DNA of 62,780 nucleotides, filler included, from Chrysochromulina tobinii (GCA_001275005.1; 6 parts of 6 records of this genome joined end to end with filler, not necessarily neighbours in it), one strand, 5' to 3'. Counted from the first letter of the whole stretch, positions 46,901 to 59,619 are shown. Numbers and translations are program-made. Notes: generated by a model not told the origin, from the letters alone.

Positions 46901-49900
46901 ACGGCACAACCCGCCTCTCTTTGAGCGCGTCCGGCGCAAGGCCGCGCCGTCCTGGGCGCCGCCTTCGAAGACGTTTGGCGGCGTGGCGGGGGGCGGCGGG
47001 GGGAGGGGCGGTGGGGGGGGGTCCGAGGGGGGCGCCCGCACCGCCCGCACCGCCCGCACCGCTCGCACCGCCCGCAGCGTCGGCGGCGTCGGCGGCATGG
47101 GCCGCGTACGTGACCCTGCTCCCGCGTGTACGCATGCTGATTGCGCTCGATTGGGAGCTGCGCATTGAGGCGTGCGAGCTGCAGAATGGCACGAGCAGCC
47201 TGACGAACCCCGGCCGGCTCTCGTTGACGAACCCGGCCGTGACGAACCCCGGCCGTCTCTCGTTGCTCGAGCGCTCGTACGCGCTCCATGCGCGCGAGGG
47301 CGCCGTGACGAGCGGCGCGGACGAGGAGGAGGCGATGGAGGAGCGCATTGAGGAGGAGGGGATGGAGGAGGAGCACGTGTCGGACGAGGGGAGCTCCCTC
47401 GACGAGATCTGGTCGTCCCTCGCCAACGAGCTGCACCCATGCCTCGTCAAGGTCCACGTCCAATTGCGCCGTTGGGTCTCCGACTTGCCGTTACGTTCGC
47501 CAGCGGACGAAGCGTCGATGCTCGGAGCAATCAAGGCCGTCGCGCGCGCCCGGCGCGCCCTGTGGAGCCGCTCGGTACGGCGCTCGGCGGCGGCGGCGGG
47601 CGGCGCCGAGGGCGAAGGCGCCGACGCATCCGTCGGAAGGGATCTGGAGGCCTTCCTCGTCGGCTGGCGCGCGCTGCACAAGCTGCTCGCGCGATTGACG
47701 AAACCACCGGCGCTCCTCGAGCTACCGGCCACGCTGGTGCGCGCCTGTGATCGGCTCTCTCGCGCGGCGCGCTTTGACGCGACGCGCTTCCGGGCGGTGC
47801 TGTGGAAGCACGGAGGCCATCCCGCCGCGCCTCGGTCCGCTGCGCAGCTGGGCGCTCTCAGGGCACTCCGAGCCTTGGCGCTGCCGCTCGCGCTGCCCGC
47901 GGACTGCGTGGGTGCGGCACTGTGGCGGTCGCAGCCGAGCCACCCGGCGCTTTGGGTGGGGGAGGATGTCCGACGCGAGCTCGTCAACGGTGCATGCACT
48001 CTCGAGTCCATCGGACTGGCGCCCGGTACGGCGCCTATCACGGCCGCCGCTGCACTGAGCACCGGCGGCGACTTTGACGACGACGAGGAGGAGGGGGACG
48101 AGGACGAGGACGACGAGGACGACGAGGAGGGGGAGGGCGTCGAGCGCGGCGCGTCGAGCGCGCAGCAGCAGCGTGCGTTGAGCCTCGCCATCATCCCGCG
48201 GACGATCGAGCTGCGCATCGAGAGCCGACAAATGCGCCGTCGCAGCAGCGGCGGCGGCGGCGGCGGAGGTGGCGGCGCACCAACTGGCGCTGACGAGCCT
48301 CTGGTCGACTTGCGAGTGCCCGCCACAGCGCGCGTAACGGCCTCCCTCTGGCCGATCCTCGACGCGCGTTCCGCCGGGCACGAGGCGCTGCTGCTGCTGC
48401 TGCTCACCAAGCTGCAATGGTCGCGCGCCCTAACGGCTGCCCACGACGACGTGGTAGTAACGGCTGCCCATGACGACGCGGCGGCAGCAGCAGCAGCGGC
48501 AGCAGCGAGCGAGCGGAGCGGCGGCGGCGGCAGCACTCTCGTTCACAGCAGCATTCACAGCGACGCACGGCTGAGTGCTCTCATTCGCTCCCGTGCCGAG
48601 CAGCTGGTGGAGCTGATCGTGAGCTCTACGGGCCGCTCGCCCCTGGACGCGACCACCGCGCAGAGCCTCGCGTGGCGGCTGCAGCGCGCGCCGAGCGCCG
48701 TACCGAGCGCCACCGACGGCGCGGGTGGGACGCTCAGCACGGCGCGCGGCTCGGCGCTCATTACGGCGCTCGATCTCGAGTGGCTCTCTGGGGCGGTGGT
48801 TTCGCTTTCGGCCACGTGGCATCGCCATCTGTGGAATGGCGCGTTCGAAGTGCTCGCGACAAGCGCGCGGGAAGCGCCGCCCAACACGGCGCCCACCTTG
48901 GCGCCCGGCACGGCGCTCATGCGCGGGCCGGCGGGGATGGTGAGCCTGAGCTACGAGGTGGGCGCCATTGGCAGCGTGCTGCGGCGCGCGCTCTCGGCGC
49001 CGCTCGGGGATCGTGACGCGACGCTCCTGCTGCTGCTGCGCGTGCGCGAGACGCTCCACCTGCCCAGCGCGACGCTCCAGCTGCCCCGCGAAGGCGCCGC
49101 GGCGTCGGGCGCGATGGTGGCGGGGGGGGCGTCGAAGGCGGGGGCGTGGGCAGGGGCGTGGGCGGGGGCAAACGCGGCGTCCAATGACTGGCAGATGTTG
49201 CTGCACGGTCTGAGCTCAACCCTGTTAGCCTTCCGAGGCACCCTGCCGCCCGAGGCGCGCGCCACGTTCCTGCACTGCCTCACGGGCCTGCACGAGCGTC
49301 TGCAGCCCATCCTCGCGTGCGCGGGCGCGCCGTCCTGGGCAGACGAAGCACGGGAGGCTGGCGCGCAATGGTGCGCGGCGGACCAGTCGAAGCCGTATGC
49401 GGCGTGTGCGGCCGAGCTGCGCGCGGCACTGCTGCAGACGACCGACGCGCCCATGCTGGAGGCACTCGAGCCTCTGATCGCGCCGTGCTGGGCGCTCCTC
49501 GGCACGGCGGCGAAGCGCATCGCCGCCGCCGCCGCCGCCGCCGCCGCCCTCACGCCCGGCACAGCCGTCGCTGGCCTCGCTCAGCCGCCGCAACGGCAGC
49601 AGCAGCAGTCGAAGCCGCCAGCCGCCGTCGCCGCCGCCGCTGCCCTCGTGCCCTCAGATCCGTGGCCAAGCCCTCGCGCTTCACACCTCGCGCTTCACAC
49701 CGCTGCCCTCGTGCCATCAGATCCGAGGCCAAGCATGGGTGCTCCTCGGGCTGCTGCGCTGGGTGCTGCTCTTGCCCGCCCACCCCGTAGACCCGTCGTC
49801 CAAGCACGGTGTGAAGCGCGAGGCGCTGCAGCGGGCGCTCAGGCAGTGCCAGCTCGAGCGGCGCGCGGTGGCCCTCGGGCAGGCGGTGCTCAACGGAGCG

Positions 49901-50506
49901 CCCACCTCGGCGGACTTAGGCGAGCGCACTCGCGAGATTCGTCAACTTCGTCAGGCGCGGCGCCGGGCCGCCGAGCGCACGTGTGCGCGCCCACCGCCCG
50001 CCAGTGGCGGCGCGACCTTTGCGCAGCTCTTCCGCGAGGTGTCGCAGTGGCATCGGTCGCTCGGCGCGCCGTCGGCGATCCTCAAGCTGAGCGCCGAGTT
50101 GGGCGCCGAGCTGCGCCGCGTGGGCGGCGGCGGCGCCCAACACGGCGCCGGTCCCGGCGCGAGCGCCGGGTTGGGCGCGAGCGGCGCGCCGCTCGACGCG
50201 CTCAGCACGGCGCTCGCGCGCGAGCAGGGCTGGCAGCAGAGCAGCGAGCGCTTCGTCGAGCGCCTCGCGACGTGCTTTGGCGGCTTTGAGGACCTCGAAG
50301 GCCCCCTGCGCCTCGCCGTCTACCAAATCAGGCACGGGCTGCGTACTCAAGCCGCGGCATGCGCGCGCACCGCCCTTGGCGCCGCCGAGGGCGGTGTGTT
50401 CGCTGCCGAGGGCGCGGCCGCCCAGAGCTTGATGCATTCACTGCTCGCCTTCCCACAGCGGCCGGGGCGCGGCCCCGCAGCGGGGGGCGCCCAGAACGAC
50501 GCGTGC
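41901..50506 (+). CDS. MDN1: midasin AAA ATPase, internal fragment; introns 42886-43622, 43839-44348, 49648-49720; apparent frameshift near 46990-47040
   Basis: LLEGSPGVGKTSLV, WVILDELNLA, RKGLPKSFLNRFTQV, PWDFNLRDLFRW, LVGEAGAGKTSL, LLDNANLCNPSVLDRLN, LSRAMRNRGVE. Confidence 0.95.
44037..44217. repeat. 28-bp tandem repeat x about 6 in midasin intron 2
   Basis: GCATGCGAGCGCGGGGCGTGGCCACGTG. Confidence 0.95.
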
Positions 50507-50606
50507 NNNNNNNNNNNNNNNNNNNNNNNNNNNNNNNNNNNNNNNNNNNNTTAATTAATTAANNNNNNNNNNNNNNNNNNNNNNNNNNNNNNNNNNNNNN
50601 NNNNNN
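50507..50606. other. artificial contig linker
   Basis: N44-TTAATTAATTAA-N44. Confidence 0.99.
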
Positions 50607-50923
50607 GCCCGCATGCATGCCAGGCATGCCGCCGACACTTGGTGGTGTGTATTCCCTCACTTAAAGGGGTGAGACCATCCTGGTCTCACGCGTATTCGTA
50701 TGCGTGGGAAGGTCGAGGTCCACGCGGTGGCGTCTGAAAATTTATTTGCTGCTCGAGAAATTTCAGGTTACCCCGAGCGCAGGCTAAAATTTGGGCGAAC
50801 TTTGATTTTTGCGACAAACATGCAAAACTTGACTCACTATCGCATCGATCGCCGAGCGTTGCTAGACGACGGGGGCGTCGGAGAGGAGTTGGCCTCCTCT
50901 CCCGTCTCCGTTCCGCCCCCAGC

Positions 50924-52345
50924 ATGCGGCGCGCGGACGATGTGCTCGATGTCACGCTCCAGCGCGTGTACGGCCGCCTCGAGGCTGCGTCGCCGCCGCG
51001 GCGCCGCTCGCCGCAAAAGCGTGCGCCTCAGTTGTGGTCCCCCTCGCCGAGGCCGAGTTCCCCCCAACCTCCGTCAAACTTCTTGGTGGAGGACTTGCGG
51101 GGAGGGAACTCCTACGACGCATCACGACGGAGTTGGTCGCCCTTGTACGATGCGTCGCCTTGCTCCTGGACGAGGAGCGGCTCTCAGCCAGGGGCAGGGG
51201 ACGAAGAGCCATCGCCGCACAGCATCACCGCCATGCTGCAGCTCATTGGCTCGCCACCGGTGCCCTCCCCCATTCGTGTAGGCCCCGCCCCGCAAGCCTT
51301 GAAGGTACCGGCCCTCAGAGCCGTCGCCTTGTCGGCCAACGTGGGCACCGTGCCCCTCGGCGCTCCGTCGAATGAGGCGTCGCTGGCGGTGAAGCCAACT
51401 GTCGAGTTGACACTTCCGAGCCTTGCAAGCCGGGAGCAAGTCGAGGATGCTCATGCCGGCGCCCCTCCAGCCGTGGCGTTGGTGGCAACATCTCCAGCGT
51501 CGGTGGGCCTCGAGGACATCAAGGACGCATTTGCAGTTGCTCGTGGGCGGGCTGTCGCCGGCGCCAAGGCGATCACTGCTTCAAAGTCGCTTGCTCAGCT
51601 GCCACCGACATCATCGCCATCGCTGCGTCGGCCACCGGAACAGCAAAGCCCGTCTCTGACTGGCGCGAAAAAGGGAGCCCCGCCGTTCACAGGCGTCCTA
51701 CCTTCAGTGGCATGGCGAGCTTCTTCGCCCGCGCGGGCGAGCGGCATGCCGCAGAGCACGAGTGCTCCATCGGCTGAGACGTTGAGCGACGGCTGGGCCG
51801 CTATTCGCCGTGCCCGGCGCTCAGGGCTGGCGTTCGAGAAGCTGCTCGACGCGGCGCTTCCCCAACTTCCGAAAGTCCTCGACCTCTCAGATGGCCAGGG
51901 CCGGAAGCAGCTGCGCGAGATGCTCCTCGGCAACTTGAAGCGCCTCACGGACGTGTTCCGTGAGCTCGATTTGGACCATAGCGGCGAGCTCGACAGGAAC
52001 GAGATGACCAAGCTCGTGAGCAAAATGTGCAGTGAGCTCCATGTGTACCCGCCGGCTCGGTCGGAGCTGGCTTCCTTCTTTGACGAATTCGACAAGGATA
52101 AGAGCGGCTACATCTCGCTCGTCGAGTTCACACAAAGCCTGCGGGCCGGTGCCGCGCACGTTGAGAGCAAGGGCAGAAAAACGAGCAGTCGCGCCGGCGG
52201 TGAACGATCGGGCTCGAATCTTGGCTATAGGTCGGTGGCGGACACGGCCGACGACGGAGCGGACGACTTCTACGAAATGTTATTCGCGAATGGCGATGGC
52301 CAACCTGACCCTTATTTGGAGTCCGTTCGGAAGGGCCGGCCTTGA
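50924..52345 (+). CDS. EF-hand pair protein with disordered N-terminus
   Basis: DLDHSGELD and DKDKSGYIS loops. Confidence 0.8.
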   Translation: MRRADDVLDVTLQRVYGRLEAASPPRRRSPQKRAPQLWSPSPRPSSPQPPSNFLVEDLRGGNSYDASRRSWSPLYDASPCSWTRSGSQPGAGDEEPSPHSITAMLQLIGSPPVPSPIRVGPAPQALKVPALRAVALSANVGTVPLGAPSNEASLAVKPTVELTLPSLASREQVEDAHAGAPPAVALVATSPASVGLEDIKDAFAVARGRAVAGAKAITASKSLAQLPPTSSPSLRRPPEQQSPSLTGAKKGAPPFTGVLPSVAWRASSPARASGMPQSTSAPSAETLSDGWAAIRRARRSGLAFEKLLDAALPQLPKVLDLSDGQGRKQLREMLLGNLKRLTDVFRELDLDHSGELDRNEMTKLVSKMCSELHVYPPARSELASFFDEFDKDKSGYISLVEFTQSLRAGAAHVESKGRKTSSRAGGERSGSNLGYRSVADTADDGADDFYEMLFANGDGQPDPYLESVRKGRP

Positions 52346-53002
52346 GGCCTCGCGATTGTGGTTCTCTCTCGCACTCTCGGCACTATTGGCTCGCTCGGCG
52401 CAAGATGAGCGCCGGCGTATTAGAGCCGCCCATCCATGTTTGGAGCGCCGGCGAATTAGAGCCGCCCATCCATGCTGTTGCTGACATGTGTGTACGCGTG
52501 CTTTGCGTCTGCTCGATGCCGACGCCCTCTTGACAAGTGGCGCGGTGCGGCTGCGACGGCCTGACCTGTGGGCCTTGAAAGCCTTGCGGGCACGGCCTCG
52601 CTGTGAGTGGTGTGGATGTGCGTGGTGTGAAGCGTTTGAGTGTGAGTCGGCCCGTCGACGGTGCGGAAATCCGGGCGGCGCGGCGCGGGCGGGCCCGGGG
52701 TTAGCCCGGGCGTCCCCGGGGTCGGGGGTCGCTGGAAATCAAATTTGAACAACTTGAGAGACGCGTCACCTGTCGACCCGCTAAAATGCTAAGTAAATGG
52801 TGAAGGTAAAGCCGTAGAGCGTATTTCAAGTTGCGGTCGTCGTTATACGGTTCGCGGTTTCCGGATCCCGCGCGCGGCCTTGGTAACTATCCTGCGGATC
52901 GGATTCTTAGCGGATTCCTCAGTCCAGCGGGCCACGCCCACGGTCGCGCGGAGCGGGCGAGTCGAGTCCCGACCGCCTCCGCGACCGACTCGCGAGGTCG
53001 CC

Positions 53003-54436
53003 TCAATCTTCCTCATCGCTGCTGTCATCCACGGGCATCGGCATCACCAACTCTTCATCGTCCCTAAACCCACGTGCCCTGGCCTCCTCAGGCATGAGCC
53101 TCACATAAGAGCTCTCTGCGGCTGAGGGCGGCTCCTCGGTGGCCTGCTTCTCGGTGGCCTTGAGCCAGATGTACAGCGCAGCGCAGATGAGCAGGCCCGT
53201 GTACCCGAATGCCTCGAGGTTCGAGATCTGCTCGCCCATCACGAGCGCCGAGACGATCACGAGCCCGCCGTTGCGCGCCATCGTCAGCGTCTTGAGCGTC
53301 ATCGCGCTCGTTCGCTTGGTGAGCAGAAACGAGGTGAGGTTGACGAAGCATCCCGCGAGGCCGGAGGCGAGGAAAGTGAACGGGTACACGCGCATGAGCG
53401 CCAGTGAGTTGGAGCGCAGCGCGCCGGGTAGCTCTGTGAAGATGGCGGCGGGCACCATCCATAACAGGCAAATGGGCGAGATGAAGTACAACGTCTCCAT
53501 CGGTTGCATGTTCTGATTCTTGAGCAGCTCCTGCGCGAGCACGAGGCGCAGCGCATCCGAAATCGAGGCCGCCGCCATGAACATCACGCCCACCACGTTG
53601 AAGTTGATCTCGCCAGCCGAGGCGATCGCCGTGAAGACGCACAGCCCTCCGATGCACGCGATCTCGCGGCGCGATGGGTACTCGACACCACGGCACACGC
53701 TGATAATGACCATGTAGGCTGGGCTGAAGGCCTTGAGCATTTGGATGAAGGCGACCGTCAAATAGAGGTAAGGGTACTGGCCGAGCACGAGCGCGAGAGC
53801 CGAGGCGCCGCCGAGGTAGATGAGGCTCGTCGGCTCCACTTGCCGGCCCGCTCTCGTGTCCACGTAGCCCATGCGCACGGCGATGGCGGCGACGATGCTG
53901 GTCGCGCCCTGGCCGAGCGCACTCACGAGCACGGGGTAGCCGAAACCGATGTCCTTCATCAGGATCTTGTTTACGAGGATGGCCGTGGGCGAGGAGGTCA
54001 AGTAGAGCAGCGCATACACAAGCGTGAGGAGCGTTTCCTTTTCCAGGAAGCGCTGGGCGCACCAGCCCAGCGTTAATGCGATCAGCACGCCCAGGATGCT
54101 GCTATTAAGCGGGCCCAGCGTTTCGAAGGCGCGGCTGTACGTGGAGAGGCGCATCGTTTTTGCGAGCACGGACTCGCGCCGCTGGCAGCCGCCGCATGAG
54201 GGTGCGCGGCCAACGACCCCAGCGGAGGCCTCATCAGCAAGCAATACGCCTGGCGTGCGCTCGGCATGCGCCAGCTCCCGTAACCTCGTGACCTGGTGCG
54301 CCTCGTCCTTGATGTCAAGGCCGCGTCCATGACGTGTCCGTTGACGCGTCCGATGTGGGCCTTTCTCGTCCTTGATCGAGGCAGCGATCGCGACGATGGA
54401 AAGGGTCGTTGCAATGAGCCGAAACGCGCGCCGCAT
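53003..54436 (-). CDS. TPT/SLC35-family nucleotide-sugar or sugar-phosphate transporter
   Basis: ILVNKILM..FGYP, YLTVAFIQMLKA, LRLVLAQELL, TLYFISP, KRTSAMTL. Confidence 0.9.
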   Translation of the reverse strand: MRRAFRLIATTLSIVAIAASIKDEKGPHRTRQRTRHGRGLDIKDEAHQVTRLRELAHAERTPGVLLADEASAGVVGRAPSCGGCQRRESVLAKTMRLSTYSRAFETLGPLNSSILGVLIALTLGWCAQRFLEKETLLTLVYALLYLTSSPTAILVNKILMKDIGFGYPVLVSALGQGATSIVAAIAVRMGYVDTRAGRQVEPTSLIYLGGASALALVLGQYPYLYLTVAFIQMLKAFSPAYMVIISVCRGVEYPSRREIACIGGLCVFTAIASAGEINFNVVGVMFMAAASISDALRLVLAQELLKNQNMQPMETLYFISPICLLWMVPAAIFTELPGALRSNSLALMRVYPFTFLASGLAGCFVNLTSFLLTKRTSAMTLKTLTMARNGGLVIVSALVMGEQISNLEAFGYTGLLICAALYIWLKATEKQATEEPPSAAESSYVRLMPEEARARGFRDDEELVMPMPVDDSSDEED

Positions 54437-54885
54437 TGGACGCGGCGCGGCCGCGCGAACGTGTACAATTGCAATGGCGTGTCAACCGTTCGACGAACCG
54501 TTGGCTGTGAACACAAATCCGAAGGTCCAAAGTCATTGCAACATAATCTCTTCAACATGTCCGCAAACTCAAGCGCGCCTGGACTGTGCGAGACGGAGCG
54601 TTGTTCTTGTTCGTTGTTGTGTGCTTTGACTATTTATACTCATTTCAACCAACATATCGGATTCGCGACATCCCGACATATCGATTGGTACTTTGGTAGT
54701 TTATACAAAACGTAGTGACCAACGTAGAACAGCCTGCGAGTGCGGCCGTGCCTCATCGCTCATGTGCTCGCCGCTTGCCGCCGCCTGCCTCGTGCGGACG
54801 CGTGCCCTCAGGCCGGCCGGAGCGATCTCCACCCGATCTCCACCCGACTTCTTGTGGGATGGTGCTCGCCCGCAGGAAGAGCATC

Positions 54886-55166
54886 TCAGCGGTAGGGCGA
54901 GGGCCCAGCATTGTCGGGCTTGAACTCGTACGTGAGCCGGATGGCAAAGGGCGGCGGCTGCGGCACCCAGCAGGGGTCGCGCGTGCGGCCTAGACGCTGT
55001 TCTCGCTGCGCGTCCGCGTCGCGCTCGCTCTCCGCGGGGGCTGGGGTTCGCTTGGCGGGCTGCCGTTTCGCATTCTGCCACTTGGCCGCCAGCCGTGCCA
55101 CACGCGGCAGTGGCAGCTCGTCGACCGGCCGCTCCACCCGCCGCGCGTGGCTGACGGCGACACGCG

Positions 55167-55221
<55 letters not shown>

Positions 55222-57480
55222 GTCGCCGTCGCCGCCGCCGTGGTCGAGTGCCTCGTCGACCGATTGTTCCCAGGCGAGCGCCGCGCTATTCCCGAGTTCA
55301 AATTGGACCGCCAGCCGTCCGACTGAGGACGCTGCCGCGCGCGAGGCCGGAGCACCGCCCTTGTTGTTGCCGGCCTTGCCGCGCGCGCTAGCGAGGAGAC
55401 CGTTGCGGCGCGCGCCCGCGCGGGGTGGCGTGTTTCCGGCACTGACGCTGGCCAAGGCCGTGGGCGAGGCTGCTCCGGTCGGGGCGAGAGAGCGCCGGAG
55501 AGGGGAGGGCGTGGCAGAAGGCGAGTGGCCATCGCCGCCGGTTCCGTCAGTTCCGCCGCCGCCGCCGCTGCTGCTGCCGCCGCCGTTGCCAAAGCTTCCA
55601 GCGCTTCCGAAACGGCGGTACAACCCTCCGCGATTGACGCCGTGTTGGGCGCCGACGCCGTGTTGGGAACCGGCGCCGTGTTGGGCAATTGCGCCGTGTT
55701 GGGCACCGACGCCGTGCGGAGCGAAGCCGTGAGCGACGTGACTCAACAGGGCGCCTGGCGGCGGCGGCGCAGCAGCAGCAGCAGCCACAGGCACCGCCGA
55801 GGGGGCCGAGGTCTCGACCGGCGACCCAGGTCTCCGCTGGCGACCCAGGTCTCCGCTGGCGACCGAGGTCTCCGCTGGGTCTCCACTCGCCCAACCGGGC
55901 CACTCGAGCGACTCGCTTGGGCCACGCGCACACTCGTGCACAGCCGCTGACGGAGCGACCGACTCGTCGCTCGAGCTCCCTGCTGGCCAGTCGGGGCACT
56001 CGAGAACCGGCTCCTGCGGCGGCGAGTGGTTACCAGCGCGGTAACTCGTCAACAGCAGCCTGGCACGCACTTCGGAAGGACCGCCGATGGCAACCGAGCC
56101 AGCACCGGCGCCGCCTCCACGGGCGGAGGTTGCGGCGCCGCTTCCGCTTCCGACACAGTTCGCAACCGGCGCGCGTGGATGCAGGGCGACCACGGAAGAC
56201 AGAATGCGTGCGGGGGTCAAGACGGAAAGTGTAGGAGGGCACGAGGGTGGCACTGCGTCGACCTCAATGTGCTCCAACCTGCGTGCCAAATGGCCACCGG
56301 CGAAGCTGTCGCTGTACAAATGGGTGCGCGGGGCGGCCTCGCCGCGCACGCCCGCGGCTGTGCGCGGGCGAGCAGGAGTCCTCTTGATGCCGCCCGCGCG
56401 AGCTCCATTCACGCTTGCGCCATTCACGCTTGCGCCATTCACGCTTGCTCCATTCACGCTTGCTCCATTCACGCTTGCTCCATTCACGCTTGCTCCATTC
56501 ACGCTTGCTCCATTCACGCTTGCTCCATTCACGCTTGCGCCGGCGGCGGGTGTCATCCCGGATGGTCGTCGACCGATGGTCGAGTGCGGCTGCCGCGCCT
56601 CCTCTCTTGCAACGGCGCTAGTGGCCGAGGGCGTTCCAGAGCTGTAGACAGTATCCGCATAGGATCCAAAATATGCATGGGCAACGGGTGGTTGTAGAAC
56701 CAAGGGCGGCGGCTGCTTGTCCTCCCTCTGAGCGATGCCTTTGTCGAGCATGTGGGCCTCGCCCACTGCGTGCACGCCGAGGAGCGCCGCCACATCGAGG
56801 TGCAAGGCGCGATGCGGCATCGCGACGCCTCCTAAGTAGCGCGCCGATGGATGCGGCACTGGCGGCGGATTCGGGCTGGAACGCTCGGAAAAGCTGTAGG
56901 GCGCGCAAGCAGCTGGGGCATTGGGCCCTTGGGGAGCAAGTGCCAGTGGTCGCGAGCCGTGGACCAGCGCCTCGACGCTGCGGTCGTGCATGACGCATGG
57001 GGTGACCGTGGTGAGCGGGGCGCACTGCTGCTGCTTCATGAGGCGTGCAGCGGCCGCGGCCTCGAGCTGCTGCTTCATGAGGCGTGCGCCGACCCCGGTC
57101 AAGGCGGACTGCGGCCTGGCGACGCCCGATGATCGAGGCGGCAGTCCGTTGGTCGGCACGCCGACGCCATGGGCGCGCGCATTCTTTTCGGATTGCGCCA
57201 CGACCAGCAGCGGCACCTCCTGCCCGAGTTGGACCCCCACGGCGCCGCCGACGGCCAACGGAGGCCCCCCCAGAGCCAACCGCTCGCACTGCCAGCGCCA
57301 CCACCAGCTGGCTGACGCTTCGGTCATGTACCTGTGCGGCGGGATGCCCATGCGCTGGCCATTTAGCGGGATTTGTTGACCTGCGCTCGCATGTCGCGAG
57401 TCGGGTGGTCGTCCGTGGACGAGCTTCATGGTCTGATAGCGGGCGGCGGCGTTCCCTCTGAACCAGTGCTCTGGCACCAA
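54886..57480 (-). CDS. low-complexity hypothetical protein; start uncertain
   Basis: 864-codon open frame; 15-bp GASVN repeat x9 (about 56404-56540), poly-D. Confidence 0.55.
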
Positions 57481-57826
57481 CCAGGAGTGACGTTACATTA
57501 TGCTTATTTAACTTGAACAGTGCTGATGCAACAAGTGTGTAACTGTCTTCCTGCAAACATAAAATGCCCAAAAGATCTTGGCCATTCAGTTTAACCTGTG
57601 TTAAAAAGTCGAGCGTCATCGTGAGCTCACGCGCTGTATCGATTGTCGAGGCCACACTTTCTTCCGTACGGGTACAATAGTAAATGAGGTTTTATGCGTA
57701 TCCGGATTTCCGGACTCCGGAAAACTTCTGCGGACTCCGGACCAAAAGCGAAAAACGACCCTGCGAAATCGGCCCCCTTTGTCCCCATCGCAGTCGTCTC
57801 GCCCGTAGTGCCCATCGCCACACAGA

Positions 57827-58522
57827 ATGGAAGGGCGGCCGCCCACTAAGCAGCAGCAGTCCGAGGAGTTGCTCCCCGCCCTAGATGACGAGGAGCGCAA
57901 GGCGGTCCAGACGAGGGCACGCGAGCGACTGCAGGCAAAGGCGACGGGGTTTAGCGATGGGCTCACACCCAAATCGGGGAGCAAGACGCCAAAGAGCGGC
58001 TCCTCGCGCGTGCCGGGCTACATGACGCCCAAATCCGGCGGCAAGTCGGCGCGCAAATCCGGCAACCAGTCGAGCCGCTCGACGATGCTCACGAACCGGA
58101 CATCGTCGCCGACGGGCCGGTACCACCCCGACCCGGAGCGCCGCCTGGAGCTCCGTAAGGCTGATCTGCACGCGAACATCGACTACCTCGCCCCGAACGG
58201 CGCGCCGGACAATGACCGCAAGGCCAAGGAAAGCAGCTGGCTGGTGTCGCAGGCTTTCATCGAGGGCCTCCGCTACTATCCGACGGGCAAGGCAGTGCTG
58301 GAGTCGAACGACAGCGAGGCGACCTACTCGGGCAACACGCACGGCAAGAAGGCGTACAATATGGAGCACATGGAGACCGACCTGCGCGCGCGCCTGGAGA
58401 TTGCGCCACGATTCGACAACCAGGAATGGCGCGACGATCAGCTGCCGCGGGAGTGGGTGCCGGACAAGAGCCCTTCGATGAAAAAGCACATGGCGCGCGT
58501 GCGGGAGCGGCTCAAGCGATAG
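57827..58522 (+). CDS. hypothetical protein
   Basis: 231-aa ORF with strong GC3 codon bias; TPKSG repeats. Confidence 0.7.
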   Translation: MEGRPPTKQQQSEELLPALDDEERKAVQTRARERLQAKATGFSDGLTPKSGSKTPKSGSSRVPGYMTPKSGGKSARKSGNQSSRSTMLTNRTSSPTGRYHPDPERRLELRKADLHANIDYLAPNGAPDNDRKAKESSWLVSQAFIEGLRYYPTGKAVLESNDSEATYSGNTHGKKAYNMEHMETDLRARLEIAPRFDNQEWRDDQLPREWVPDKSPSMKKHMARVRERLKR

Positions 58523-58931
58523 GGCAGCCCGCGGCGGTGCGGGCGGGGCCGTGCATCGGCGGCTCCTCGGCACCTGTACCCCTCAGGCCGAGGGTATTGC
58601 GTGCGGAGACAAGCCGGCAGTGCACGGCATTGCGCGGTACGGCATTGCGCGGTGATGCTCGGTGATGCTCGGTAGAGCGGCGGCGCCGTAAGGCGTGCCG
58701 CGACTCGCGCATCCGCAGGCAGCTATGAGACGTGCGTGTGACGTCACGTGTGACGAGATGTCGATGAGAGAAGGCGTGGCGGTGCCTACTGGCTTAACCA
58801 CTGGCAACGTGCAGCGCCGCGTGGCGCGTGAACATGAAGTGCGCATCTGGGGGTCTCATGACATAACCCTATATGCGTCTGACAGATTTCCGGAAATCAC
58901 TTGGAAATCTGAATAGTCCGCAACAACCAAC

Positions 58932-59619
58932 ATGGCCGAGTCACATCGCGTCTACAACGCTGCCCTTCGAGGTCGTGCCTCCGAGCTGCAGCGACTGCTC
59001 GAGGAGGGTACCCCTGATTGGGGCACCGGCTTCACTGCTCTTCATGCGGCCGCGAGGTGTGCACCCTCCTTGCAGCCAACGTGTAGCTACACGCTTGGCA
59101 CAGCAACCTTGCATTCTGGTGTGCTGCATGAGTGCCCAGGCTCACGAATCTGCTCGACTCGTGACCACTTCGCAGCGGAGGTCACAACGCCTGCATCGGC
59201 TTGCTCCTTGCAGCGGGGGCGCCATTGGATGGACAGTGCTGCACTGGTGACACACCACTGCTTCTGGCGGGTCGTTGAATGGCCGCAAAGCGCGACACGC
59301 AGAGTGCATGCTGCAGCTCCTGGAGCATGGAGCCGACGCGCGGATCGCCAATCTCAGGGGTAGGTCGGTTGCGAATCTCGCAAAAGGCCCTGTTCTGCAG
59401 GCGCTGCGAGAGTACCAGCTGCGGCTACAGGCCGTGCCAGCGTATGCCGTCGTCGAGATGCCCGGAGGCGAGCGCGCATTCATTCAGATGAGTCAGACGG
59501 CGGCGGCTGAGCTCGCTGAGTGCTTCGAGAATGCTGATCGAAGCCCGCCGCAGCGGCCGTGTTCGACACTGGCCCGGTGTTCGACACTGGCTCGGCATCC
59601 GACTGGACGGACGCCGTAG
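58932..59619 (+). CDS. ankyrin-repeat protein, intron 59057-59175, frame disruption at about 59270
   Basis: spliced TALHAAASGGHNACIGLLLAAGA..GDTPLLLA; continues in another frame as SLNG..HAECMLQLLEHGAD. Confidence 0.65.

Noticed and set aside
46980..47040. Programmed frameshift in midasin
   Set aside because: The shift falls in multiple G homopolymers, most simply an indel error; no slippery site or clear intron is supported.
59248..59278. Selenocysteine TGA readthrough in the ankyrin gene
   Set aside because: Readthrough of 59276 does not rejoin the ankyrin frame, 59248 is not in the ankyrin frame, and no SECIS was identified.
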